NCBI GenBank assembly: GCA_041891055.1
Contig: CP169074.1
Location: 1,376,001-1,440,000 of the forward strand
Direction of reading: 5' to 3'
Source: Halorutilales archaeon Cl-col2-1
GTDB taxonomy: Archaea; Halobacteriota; Halobacteria; Halobacteriales; Afararchaeaceae
DNA length: 64,000 nt
The position numbers were made by a program, and so were the translations under genes. Positions 38,240 through 47,651 of this stretch are shown in pieces. Under the pieces are notes generated by a model. The model was not told the DNA's origin and ran no database searches. It worked only from the letters and a program-made list of their open reading frames with translations. Numbering within the stretch: position 1 is the stretch's first letter; every line of letters begins with the position of its first letter.

Positions 38240-39412
38240 ATGAACTTCGACTACGACCATCCCGACACTAGCCTGCGTTTCGGACGCGGGAGAAGGAACG
38301 AGATAGGTGAGATAACGAGTGAGTACGGAGACACAGCCGCCGTCGTCACGACGAGAACCGCGATGCAGGAGGCGGGCTTCTTGGACGACGTCGAGGAGAG
38401 TCTAGACGAGGCAGGCGTCGAGTACCTCGTGTATAACTACGTCCAGCCCAACCCGACCGTAGAGAACGTCGAGAACGGCATCAGAGAGCTCTGGGACAAC
38501 GACGTAGACGTCGTCGTGGCTATGGGAGGCGGAAGCGTGATGGACACAGCAAAGACGATGGCACTCGGACTCGCGTCTCTCGACTCTCCCGACGAATCGA
38601 TCTGGGGATACTGCACAGGAGAGGAAGAGATCGAGGAAGCGTTACCGATAGTCGCAGTCCCAACGACGAGCGGAACCGGGAGCCATATTGACCCGTGGGC
38701 TGTGATCTCGAACGAAGAGGCGGACGCCAAGCCCGGATTCGGAGGTGATCCTCTTATACCTAAAGCCGCTGTCGTCGACCCCGACATACCCGGTGAGATG
38801 CCACCTAAGCTCACGGCTAGGACGGGATTCGACGCCCTGTGCCACCTCAACGAGGCGTACGTCGCAGAAGGAGCAAGCGGTATGTCGGATGTCTTCGCCG
38901 AGAAGGGTATAGAGAAAGTAGGGGACTACCTCAGGGACGCGGTCGACGACGATACCGAGGCGAGGGAGGAGATGGCTGTCGCCGACACGCTCGCGGGAAT
39001 CTGTGAGACGACGAGCATGGTCATAGTGACCCACGCGCTCGCACATTCCGTGAGTGCTCTCCATCCGGATGTCGCACACGGAGACGCTCTCGCGGCACTC
39101 ACGTCCGAGGTCGCGAGATTCAACGTCGAGAACGGTGACAAGGAAACGAAGAAGAGGTACTCGAAGATAGCTGAGCTTCTAGGCGTCGAGATAGCCGACC
39201 CCGTCCTCGACGCTATCTACGTCGTCGACGCGTTCGAGGAGCTAAAGAAAGACATAGGACTCAACGTGACACTCGAAGACCTCGGAGTAGAGGAGGACGA
39301 GATAGAGGAGCTCGCCGACAACTCCGAGGAGTACATGGAGATGGCGATAGAGACGAACCCCGTCGAGCTCGACCACGACGACCTCGTCGAGATACTCGAA
39401 GAGTCGTACTAA
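38240..39412 (+). CDS. Iron-containing alcohol dehydrogenase family
   Basis: FGRG, VQPNP, GGGSVMDTAK, PTTSGTGS, DALCH, HALAH; probable start MNFDY. Confidence 0.9.
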   Translation: MNFDYDHPDTSLRFGRGRRNEIGEITSEYGDTAAVVTTRTAMQEAGFLDDVEESLDEAGVEYLVYNYVQPNPTVENVENGIRELWDNDVDVVVAMGGGSVMDTAKTMALGLASLDSPDESIWGYCTGEEEIEEALPIVAVPTTSGTGSHIDPWAVISNEEADAKPGFGGDPLIPKAAVVDPDIPGEMPPKLTARTGFDALCHLNEAYVAEGASGMSDVFAEKGIEKVGDYLRDAVDDDTEAREEMAVADTLAGICETTSMVIVTHALAHSVSALHPDVAHGDALAALTSEVARFNVENGDKETKKRYSKIAELLGVEIADPVLDAIYVVDAFEELKKDIGLNVTLEDLGVEEDEIEELADNSEEYMEMAIETNPVELDHDDLVEILEESY

Positions 39413-39420
39413 CTACTACA

Positions 39421-40287
39421 CTACGGACGGCTATGTACCCAGTAGTCGCCTGACTCTGTGACCTCCTTCTTGAATATAGGAACCTCGTCCTTGAGACGGT
39501 TTATGCCGTCCTCGACGGTCTCGAAAGCCTCATCGCGGTGTCCCGCGAGTACGACGACGTGGACTATGTCCTCCTCGCCCTCAACGACACCTGTCTTGTG
39601 GTACATCAGTACCTCGTAGACTCCGTCTCTCTGTTTGAGTTCGGAACGTATAGAGTCGAGCCTCTCATCGGCGACTCCCTCATACTTCTCGAACTTAAGA
39701 TGTGTAGTCTCGGCGTCTTCGTGGTTCTCGACACGCACCCGTCCCGTGAACGTCGCCACAGCCCCCGCCTTTGGCGAGTCGGGATGCGACTTCGCGCGCC
39801 GGACGAGTGATCCAACTGTCTCGTACTCCTCGGCGTCTTTTATCACATCTAGTACCTCGGTGACGTCAATGTCGGAGACCGTGTCAGCGCTCAGAACCAC
39901 GTCACCGTCGAGGACATCGTGGTTCAGATCTCCGAGAACCACCTTCGGAAGACGGCTCGTCTTGAATCCCTCGACGAGGACGTAGTCGTAGCCGTCGTCG
40001 GCGAGTCGGTCGAGGCGTTCGGAGAGTCTGCGTGACTTCGAGACGTCGGCATCTTCGTCGGAGTCACGCGCCTCCGTAATCTCGAAGCTATTCGACGGCG
40101 TGACCCCGACGACAGTCTCGGCTCCCGCCTCGGCGTGTCTGTATGTGTCCTTCCCCTCTTCGTCCACATCGATGTCGTGGTGTATCGACTTGAGAGTCGC
40201 CACAGAGCCGTCGAGTTGGCTCACGAGACTTTCAATGAGTGACGTCTTTCCCGAGTCAGAGTGCCCCACTACCCCGAGAACTTTCAT
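39421..40287 (-). CDS. moaE: MobB-MoaE fusion (molybdopterin synthase)
   Basis: GHSDSGKT, GKDT, VEGFK (MobB); GAVATFTGRVR, HRDEAF, PIFKKE (MoaE). Confidence 0.9.
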   Translation of the reverse strand: MKVLGVVGHSDSGKTSLIESLVSQLDGSVATLKSIHHDIDVDEEGKDTYRHAEAGAETVVGVTPSNSFEITEARDSDEDADVSKSRRLSERLDRLADDGYDYVLVEGFKTSRLPKVVLGDLNHDVLDGDVVLSADTVSDIDVTEVLDVIKDAEEYETVGSLVRRAKSHPDSPKAGAVATFTGRVRVENHEDAETTHLKFEKYEGVADERLDSIRSELKQRDGVYEVLMYHKTGVVEGEEDIVHVVVLAGHRDEAFETVEDGINRLKDEVPIFKKEVTESGDYWVHSRP

Positions 40288-40313
40288 ATACGTAACTTCT
40301 CGCGTTTCCTATT

Positions 40314-41333
40314 CTATCCTTCGGTCTCAGCGATCCCGTCGAGTATCTCCTCGGCGGCCTCGTTCGATCCGCCCTCGGCTTCTCTCCGGATAGCTTCGAG
40401 GGCGCGTTCCCTTACTTCGCCGTCTTCGAGGTTCTGCTGTGTGACACGCAGAAGCTTCTCGGTCGAGTCAATAGCCTGGGATACCGCGTCTGAGACTCGG
40501 TCGGCGTCGGCTTCCGACTCGACCACTACGCTGTCGTCGTCGACTTCAACCCCCTCGATACCGTTTTTCTCGACGTACTCCTCTAGCGATGTCATGAAAG
40601 GTATATCACCCGAGACATCCGAGAGGCTGTCACGGACAGCGTCGACGGTACGTCTGTATCCGTATCCTCTCCCGTAATCCTCGGTTGCGGTGGGTTCCGA
40701 GACGTCAGTGGCGTCAGCAGCTTCGTTCGAGTCGTCGAAGACCTCGAAACCGTCGTAGTCGTAGACGTCTAAGAGTACGTCGTTCGAGTCGTCGTCGATG
40801 ACCTCGACTACACCTCCTACTCCTTCGAGTGTCTCGTCGGAGGTCTGGATCACCGAGGAGAAAGGTTCACCGTCGGTGAGATGGACGGCCCCGTATGTCT
40901 CCGAGTCGTCGGAGTTGAGAACGACCGATCCCATGAAGCCCTCGTCCCTGAGGTCGTCGAGGAATCCCCTCGGGTCGACGTAGTCGGTGTGTAGACCCTT
41001 GTGAACCGAATCGCCAAGAACCGATGCCTCGACACCTGCGGTGAGATCCTGCTCCAGTGAGACAGCGCGGATACGTGAGTCGTCGTCGAATAGTTCTCCA
41101 AGGTCGGAGTCTCGAACCTCCTCAGGCTCAAAGACGACACCGTTGTAGACGCCTCCGACGGGATCTCCGTCGGAGAAGACGAAGACGCCTCTCAGTTCAT
41201 CCCCCGCCTCAACCGCAACGTATCCTGTCAGATCCCTATTCTCGACGTCGTCGATCAGCGGTACGAACTCGACGAAGTCAGCACTCAGACTGCCGTACAG
41301 ACTCTTCCCCCCGGGAAGACTTACCCCACCCAT
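40314..41333 (-). CDS. Hypothetical protein with tandem DUF2226/PATAN-like repeats
   Basis: Two similar units (LxxDF/YVx..LxDD....(L/F)xGxV....G...xDGxP); true start MGGVSLPGG at 41333. Confidence 0.6.
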   Translation of the reverse strand: MGGVSLPGGKSLYGSLSADFVEFVPLIDDVENRDLTGYVAVEAGDELRGVFVFSDGDPVGGVYNGVVFEPEEVRDSDLGELFDDDSRIRAVSLEQDLTAGVEASVLGDSVHKGLHTDYVDPRGFLDDLRDEGFMGSVVLNSDDSETYGAVHLTDGEPFSSVIQTSDETLEGVGGVVEVIDDDSNDVLLDVYDYDGFEVFDDSNEAADATDVSEPTATEDYGRGYGYRRTVDAVRDSLSDVSGDIPFMTSLEEYVEKNGIEGVEVDDDSVVVESEADADRVSDAVSQAIDSTEKLLRVTQQNLEDGEVRERALEAIRREAEGGSNEAAEEILDGIAETEG

Positions 41334-41442
41334 ACTCACACCTACACACTCATCCCGAATAAGTATTTGTTCGGTACTGTCAGATCCGCACTTCACAGGT
41401 CTACGGTATGGTTTATCTGTGCTCGGCGCGACAGAGACGGTA

Positions 41443-42255
41443 ATGACACGTACTTCGGTAAACGACCTCAGACGGATGAAGGAGAACAGTGAGAAGATCA
41501 CGATGCTGACGGCGTACGACGCGCCCACGGCAGAGATACTCGACGGCGAGGTCGAGATACTCCTTGTAGGCGACTCAGTCGGCAACACGCGTCTCGGCTA
41601 CGACACGACTCTCCCTGTGACTATTGACGAGATGGTCTCCCACACTGGCGCAGTCTCACGCGGTTCGGAGGAGTCGATGGTAGTGGCTGACATGCCCTTC
41701 GTTTCAGTTGGAGCCTCTGTCGAGAAGTCTGTCGAGAACGCCGGGAGGCTCCTCAAGGAAGCGGACGCGAACGCCGTCAAGATAGAGACACCACCCGGAG
41801 GCGAGGTCTCGGTCGAGGTCACTGAACGTCTCGTCGAGATAGGAATTCCGGTAATGGGACACATAGGTCTCACTCCCCAGCGGATCAACCAGATGGGGGG
41901 ACACAGGATACAGGGACGCGATTCAGAGACTGCCGATCTACTCGTTGAGACTGGGCGCAAACTCGAAGAAGCAGGTGTCTTCTGTCTCGTTGTCGAAGGG
42001 GTGCCCGAGGGAGTCGCGGGCGCAGTCACCGACGCGATAGACGTCCCGACTATAGGCATAGGCGCGGGAAGACATGTCGACGGACAGGTTCTCGTAATCG
42101 ACGATCTCATAGGTCTCTCAGAGGACTCACCGTCGTTCGTGAAGGAGTACGCAGACGTCAGGTCGACAGTAGAGGAGGCGGCGAGGGAGTACGCCGAAGA
42201 CGTCAAGAAGGGAGAGTTCCCCGCCGAGGAGCACGTCTTTGGAGACGAGACGTAG
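41443..42255 (+). CDS. panB: 3-methyl-2-oxobutanoate hydroxymethyltransferase
   Basis: MLTAYDA, LVGDS, ADMPF, GHIGLTPQ, TIGIGAG..DGQVLV. Confidence 0.95.
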   Translation: MTRTSVNDLRRMKENSEKITMLTAYDAPTAEILDGEVEILLVGDSVGNTRLGYDTTLPVTIDEMVSHTGAVSRGSEESMVVADMPFVSVGASVEKSVENAGRLLKEADANAVKIETPPGGEVSVEVTERLVEIGIPVMGHIGLTPQRINQMGGHRIQGRDSETADLLVETGRKLEEAGVFCLVVEGVPEGVAGAVTDAIDVPTIGIGAGRHVDGQVLVIDDLIGLSEDSPSFVKEYADVRSTVEEAAREYAEDVKKGEFPAEEHVFGDET

Positions 42256-42305
42256 ACGTAGAAGACGAAGATTGAAGGCGCGAGATGCCACATCTCAGGC
42301 AAGAA

Positions 42306-43001
42306 ATGAAATCCACATCGGGATCAGAGAGGGAAAAGAGAAACGCGGGTGAGTCGGCGGCGGATCTCGTGTCCGACGGCGACGTAGTGGGTCTCGGGAC
42401 GGGAAGTACGACCGCCTACGCGGTAAGACGTCTCGGCGAGCGGATCAGAGAAGAGGGTCTCGAAATAAGGGGAATACCGACTTCGTACCAGTCGCGCCAG
42501 ATCGCTATCGAGGAGGGGATACCTCTAACGTCGCTCGACGTCGAGACTCCCGACATAGACATAGACGGAGCCGACCAGTTCGACGACGACCTCAGCCTAG
42601 TAAAGGGCGGAGGTGCCGCACATCTGAGGGAGAAGATAGTCGCGTCGGCGTCCGACAGAGTCGTCATAGTCGCCGACGAGTCGAAGTACTCCAAGACTCT
42701 CGACTATCCGGTTCCCGTCGAAGTCGTCGGAGACGCCGTCGATGTAGTCGAGTCACGTCTCTCGGATATGGGAGGCGACCCCGAGTTACGCGAGGCAGAG
42801 AGAAAAGACGGTCCCGTGGTCACCGACAACGGAAACCTCGTGCTCGACGTCGACTTCGGCGAGTTCGACGCTTCGAGTCTCGAACCGCGTATATCCGAAG
42901 TTCCGGGTGTCGTAGAACACGGCGTCTTCGAGGGGATCGCCGACGAGATACACATAGGAAAGGAAGACGGAGTCAAGGTCAAGAGGAAGCAGAATGGATA
43001 G
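42306..43001 (+). CDS. rpiA: Ribose-5-phosphate isomerase A
   Basis: GLGTGST, DGADQ, KGGGAA, TDNGN, PGVVEHG. Confidence 0.95.
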   Translation: MKSTSGSEREKRNAGESAADLVSDGDVVGLGTGSTTAYAVRRLGERIREEGLEIRGIPTSYQSRQIAIEEGIPLTSLDVETPDIDIDGADQFDDDLSLVKGGGAAHLREKIVASASDRVVIVADESKYSKTLDYPVPVEVVGDAVDVVESRLSDMGGDPELREAERKDGPVVTDNGNLVLDVDFGEFDASSLEPRISEVPGVVEHGVFEGIADEIHIGKEDGVKVKRKQNG

Positions 43002-43010
43002 AGGTGTACC

Positions 43011-45071
43011 ATGAAGAAGGAGATGACGAGTGTCGATATAGCCGCAGTCGTGAGCGAACTCTCGGAGCTCGAAGGCGCGAAGTTCGACAAGTTCTACCAG
43101 TACGAAGACGGCAAGGTTCGGGTCAAGATACGTGACTACGACAGAGGGCGTCTCGACCTCATAATCGAGACGGGCGACTGGAAGAGGATACATCTCACAC
43201 AGAACCCCGAGGAAGCACCCCAGAGACCCCCTAACCTTCCTATGCTGATGAGGAAACGTCTCTCAGGGGGCGAGATCGCGTCGGTAGATCAGTACGACTT
43301 CGACAGGATAGTCGAGATAAGAGGCGAGAGAGAAGACGAGTACTCAATGGTCGCGGAGCTATTCGGCGACGGCAACTTCGTCTTCACCGAGTCGGACGGA
43401 ACTGTCCTGAGATCGACCGAGACGGTACGTCTCAAGACTAGGACTGTCGCGCCGGGAGAGGAGTACGTCTTCCCGCAGTCACGTCTCAATCCTCTCGAAC
43501 TCACGTACGACGGCTTCGTCGAGACGATGGAGGACTCCGACACCGACTTCGTGAGGACGCTCGCGTCACAGCTCAACTTCGGGGGTCTCTACGCCGAGGA
43601 GATCTGTGCGCGCGCGGGGATCGAGAAGGAGAAAGCGATATCGGACGCCGACGAGGACGACTACGAGGCACTCTTCGAGGCGATGGAGGATATATTCTCT
43701 CCCCTCAGAGACACCGACGGCGGCGTGGGAGCCGAGGATCTCGACCCCCAGATAGTCTACGACGGAGACGGAGATCCCGTCGACGTCGTTCCTTTCAGCC
43801 TCAAAAAATACGAAGACGACCAGAAGGAGAAGTACGAGAGCTTCAACGACGCCCTAGACGCCTACTTCGACGAGGCGAAGGAGAAGGAAGAGGAGGAAAG
43901 CGAGGAGGCGGAGTCGGCGCTCGAAGAGGAGATACAGAAGTACGGACACATAATACGTCAGCAGGAGGAAGCCGTCGAGGAGTTCGAGGAGGAGGAAGAG
44001 GAGCTAAAACAGAAAGCCGAGAGGCTCTACGCGAAGTACGATGTCGTCGACGAGCTTCTGTCGAACGTCAGGGAGGCGAGATCGTCGGGACAGACGTGGG
44101 ACGGGATAGAGGAGACTCTCGAAGAGGCGAGTCAGAAGGGTATAGAGTCAGCCGAGATAGTCGAGTCGGTGAGAGGACAGGATGGAGTGATAGAGATAGA
44201 CCTCGGGGAGGGAACTGTCGAGATCGATGTCGGCGAGGGCATAGAGGAGAACGCGAGCCGTCTCTACGACGAAGCGAAGAATCTGAGGGAGAAGAGAGAG
44301 GGAGCGATAGAGGCTCTCGAAAACAGCAGACAGGAGCTTGAGGAGCTAAAGAAGAGGAAGGAGGAAGAGGAGACCGAGGAAGACGAAGAAGAGGACAAGA
44401 CAGTCGTGAAGCCTCGGGGCGAGATGTGGTACGACAGATTCCGGTGGTTCAGAACCTCCGACGGATTCCTCGTGATAGGCGGCAGAAACGCCGATCAGAA
44501 CGAGGAGATATACAAGAAGTACACCGAGTCGAACGACCTCTTCTTCCACACTCAGGCACACGGTGCTCCCATAACCATCCTGAAGGCTACCGAACCAAAC
44601 GAGCCGAAGAAGGACGTCGATTTCCCCGAGTCGAGCAAGAGACAGGCGGCGATATTCGCGGCGTCGTACTCGTCTGTCTGGGACGCTGGACACGGAACCG
44701 CGGACGTCTACTCCGCGACCCCCGACCAGCTATCGAAGACGCCCGAGAGCGGCGAGTACATAGAGAAGGGTAGCGTCGTCGTGAGGGGAGACCGAGAGTA
44801 CTACACGGTTCCCTTGAGCGTCGGCGTAGGTCTACGTCTCGACGAGAAGGCGGGTGTGATAGGCGGCCCGCCCGAGGCGATAGAGGACAGATCGAAGTAC
44901 TACGTCGAGTTAGAGCCGGGTATGTACTCACAGAACGACACCGCGAAGAAGATATACAGGAGGTTCAGGGAGGAAGCCGAAGGCAGGGACGAGAAGCTAG
45001 TCAGGAAGATGGCGAGTCCCGACAAGATACAGAAGTTCCTCCCGACGGGTGGGTCACGTCTGAAGGAGTAA
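43011..45071 (+). CDS. rqcH: Ribosome quality-control protein RqcH/NEMF (NFACT)
   Basis: FDRIV, ELFGDGN, coiled coil, WYDRFRWF..GGRNADQNE, KTPESGEY. Confidence 0.9.
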   Translation: MKKEMTSVDIAAVVSELSELEGAKFDKFYQYEDGKVRVKIRDYDRGRLDLIIETGDWKRIHLTQNPEEAPQRPPNLPMLMRKRLSGGEIASVDQYDFDRIVEIRGEREDEYSMVAELFGDGNFVFTESDGTVLRSTETVRLKTRTVAPGEEYVFPQSRLNPLELTYDGFVETMEDSDTDFVRTLASQLNFGGLYAEEICARAGIEKEKAISDADEDDYEALFEAMEDIFSPLRDTDGGVGAEDLDPQIVYDGDGDPVDVVPFSLKKYEDDQKEKYESFNDALDAYFDEAKEKEEEESEEAESALEEEIQKYGHIIRQQEEAVEEFEEEEEELKQKAERLYAKYDVVDELLSNVREARSSGQTWDGIEETLEEASQKGIESAEIVESVRGQDGVIEIDLGEGTVEIDVGEGIEENASRLYDEAKNLREKREGAIEALENSRQELEELKKRKEEEETEEDEEEDKTVVKPRGEMWYDRFRWFRTSDGFLVIGGRNADQNEEIYKKYTESNDLFFHTQAHGAPITILKATEPNEPKKDVDFPESSKRQAAIFAASYSSVWDAGHGTADVYSATPDQLSKTPESGEYIEKGSVVVRGDREYYTVPLSVGVGLRLDEKAGVIGGPPEAIEDRSKYYVELEPGMYSQNDTAKKIYRRFREEAEGRDEKLVRKMASPDKIQKFLPTGGSRLKE

Positions 45072-45079
45072 AGACGTTC

Positions 45080-45191
45080 ACAGACGTTCGCTAATCGAAG
45101 ATTAGCTAGTCCTCGAAAACGCGTAGCGTTTTCGGTTGCAACGAGACGCGAAGCGTCTCGTCATGCCCTGTAAATCAAAGATTTACAGACG
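45080..45191. repeat. Array of four triloop palindromes flanked by a 7-bp direct repeat (putative non-autonomous insertion)
   Basis: GCTAATC-GAA-GATTAGC, CGAAAACGC-GTA-GCGTTTTCG, ACGAGACGC-GAA-GCGTCTCGT, CTGTAAATC-AAA-GATTTACAG; ACAGACG at 45080-45086 and 45185-45191. Confidence 0.85.
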
Positions 45192-47648
45192 CGTCCAGAG
45201 GACGAGCGTCGGCGGTAGGACGATCACTGAAGTGAGATACGAGTAGAAGACACTCAGACCCGTCATCAGACCGAACTGTCCGAGTATCGGGGTTATCGCG
45301 AGTACGAGGACTCCGATTCCCGTTGTCGTCGTGAGCATACTTCCCGTGAGTGCTCCTCCGGTTCCCCGGAGAGTCTTGAAGAGCGCGGCGTAGGTGTCGT
45401 GGCTCTCCTCGTACTCGTCTACGAACCTGTGTGTCGTATGTACCGAGTAGTCGACTCCTAATCCGATGGTTATAGAGAGTATGGTCGCAGTCATCGCGTT
45501 GAACGAGACACCGAGGTAACGCATCGACGCCGCGATGAGTGCTAGTGTCGTCACGACGGGGACGAGGTTGGCGATCCCGAGAGACGGTCTTCCCTCTATC
45601 ACGGAGTAGACGATCACAAGGAAGACCGCTGTGGCTCCGAGGGCTAAGACCAGGCTCCGGAGAGCCGACTCGAATATGACGTCTGAGACAGCCTTGAAGA
45701 CCACAGTCTGCCCCGTGGCTATCGCAGTGTACCTGTATCTGTCTGCGACCGACCTCGCGTCCTGAGTGACCTCGGCGTCAGAGGCGTCGCCCTCGACGGA
45801 GTAGACGACACGTGTTGACCGTCTGTCATCAGTAATATAGCTGAGAGCACGGTCGCGGTACGGCGACGTGAGGAGGGCGTCGTAGATCTCGCCGAGGTTT
45901 TCGTCGGGGACTCCGTTCGAGTTCTGATCGTTCCTCTCTACGAGCCTCCCGAAGCTCTCCGACTCGCGCGCGTACTGACGTATGACGGTCACGATGCTCT
46001 CGGCTCTCGCGTCACGTCCGTCCCGTAGGAAGGTTCCAGGCGGGTTCGTTCCCGCCCTCACGATGCTTTCGAGGGCGGAGTCGTCTTCGAGATGACCCTC
46101 GACGTAGACCGTAATCTGTGCGTCCTCGTTCGACTCGAACTTCTCCTCAAGGTAGTTCGTGGTCTCTGTGACCGTGTACTCGCTCGGGGCGAAGGGTTCG
46201 GGTAGATCCCTCACGAGGGGCGAGACCTCCTCGGGGGGCAGGAAGTCGTCACGTGAGAAAGACGTGTCGACACCGGTGCCGTAGTAGGCGGTTCCTGCGG
46301 TGAGAACTAAGAGGACTGCGAGGAAGACCCCGGGTGACGGACGTGAGACACGCGCTCCTAAGGGAAGGAGTCTTCCGAGGACGGAGTCCTCCGATCCGAG
46401 AGGCTGTGAGCCGAACTCGGGGAGAGAGAGGGCTTCGCGCTTCCTGTCGAGATAGAGCTTCGCGGCGGGTAGAAAGACGCCGAACACGAGCGTAGTGAAG
46501 ACCATTCCTACGGCGGCGACACGTCCGAAGTCACGTATCGGACCCAGCGCGCTCGTAGTGTTCGCCGAGAAGCCGAGCACAGTCGTGCCTGCGACTATGA
46601 AGAAGGCGACGAGAAGCTGGTCTGTCGCGGTTCTCATAGAGTCGTCGACCCCGTTTCCGGCGACCCTCTCCTCCCTGTACCTGTTGACCGCGTGTATCCC
46701 GAAGTCGATTCCGACGGCTAGGAGTAGAGGTGGAATCGCTATCAGCATCTGTGAGAAAGCGATTCCGGCGAGACCCATGTAGCCGAATGTCCATACCATC
46801 GCCATCACGAGTGAGACTACACCGAGGAGGAGATCGAAGGGATCGCGGTAGGCGACCACGAGGAAGACGAGTATGAGTACCGACGCCGCGGGGACGACTA
46901 TGAGAAGAGAGTCGGTTACGACGTTCGAGAACTCGTCGTCTATGATTCCGCTTCCGAAGACACGTATGTCGCCGCCGACGGAGTCGACGACTGTCTGTGA
47001 CCTGAGCTGTATGTCGGTCATAATAGAGCCGCCGCCTCCGCCCCCTCCACCTCCGCCGCCGCCAGTCTCGCCCGGAACCCTGTGTGTGACTACTCCGAGT
47101 GCTGCGGATGCAGTAGCCGACTCCGAGTTGAAGTCCTTAGAGACGAGGCTCGTGAAACGTATGTTATCAGCCGACTCCCTCACAGCCGACCTTACTTCGG
47201 AGGAGGTCGCCGACTCGACGGCTTCGATCTGTTCTTCAAGTGTCGAAGCCGAGGGATCGAGTTTAGTCGCGACGAGCCTCGCGGCGGAGTTCGCCGACTC
47301 GACCCTCAGAGACTCCCTCTCCGACATCCTCTTCTGTGCTCTCAGCATTCTCAGAATCCCGTGTTTCGAGACGACGTTCTCGCCCGACTGTATTAGCTGA
47401 GTGCTCGCCTCGTCGCCCTCGAATGAGTACTCGAACTTCTCCTCGACCTGGTCGAGAGCCTCCTGGGCGGGCATATCCTGTGTGAACTGTTCGGTTCCGG
47501 TCTCGGTTCCGCTCGCTCCGAGACCCGTCGCGAAGACTAGAGTGACTGCTAAGAAGACGATTAGGACGTACTTCGTCCTGTTGACAATCCAGTCGTCAAC
47601 CCTGTCGATAGCCTTCTGGTATGTCGGGACTGTGTCGTCTTCGGACAC
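45183..47648 (-). CDS. MMPL/RND-family transporter
   Basis: Two membrane halves with AVGIDFGIH and GLGVDYSVH motifs. Confidence 0.9.
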   Translation of the reverse strand: MSEDDTVPTYQKAIDRVDDWIVNRTKYVLIVFLAVTLVFATGLGASGTETGTEQFTQDMPAQEALDQVEEKFEYSFEGDEASTQLIQSGENVVSKHGILRMLRAQKRMSERESLRVESANSAARLVATKLDPSASTLEEQIEAVESATSSEVRSAVRESADNIRFTSLVSKDFNSESATASAALGVVTHRVPGETGGGGGGGGGGGGSIMTDIQLRSQTVVDSVGGDIRVFGSGIIDDEFSNVVTDSLLIVVPAASVLILVFLVVAYRDPFDLLLGVVSLVMAMVWTFGYMGLAGIAFSQMLIAIPPLLLAVGIDFGIHAVNRYREERVAGNGVDDSMRTATDQLLVAFFIVAGTTVLGFSANTTSALGPIRDFGRVAAVGMVFTTLVFGVFLPAAKLYLDRKREALSLPEFGSQPLGSEDSVLGRLLPLGARVSRPSPGVFLAVLLVLTAGTAYYGTGVDTSFSRDDFLPPEEVSPLVRDLPEPFAPSEYTVTETTNYLEEKFESNEDAQITVYVEGHLEDDSALESIVRAGTNPPGTFLRDGRDARAESIVTVIRQYARESESFGRLVERNDQNSNGVPDENLGEIYDALLTSPYRDRALSYITDDRRSTRVVYSVEGDASDAEVTQDARSVADRYRYTAIATGQTVVFKAVSDVIFESALRSLVLALGATAVFLVIVYSVIEGRPSLGIANLVPVVTTLALIAASMRYLGVSFNAMTATILSITIGLGVDYSVHTTHRFVDEYEESHDTYAALFKTLRGTGGALTGSMLTTTTGIGVLVLAITPILGQFGLMTGLSVFYSYLTSVIVLPPTLVLWTRL

Positions 47649-47651
47649 GTA

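Noticed and set aside
39421-40287. MobB-MoaE fusion
   Set aside because: This is the usual architecture in haloarchaea.
41334-41588. N-terminal extension of ORF 40314-41588 overlapping panB
   Set aside because: Antisense to panB; coding-like composition begins at Met 41333.
42282-42296. Small hairpin GAGATG-CCA-CATCTC before rpiA
   Set aside because: Single 6-bp stem without a GNA loop; compatible with chance.
45080-45191. CRISPR mini-array interpretation of the hairpin block
   Set aside because: Units do not share a repeat sequence, spacers are only 6-7 nt, and no cas genes are present.
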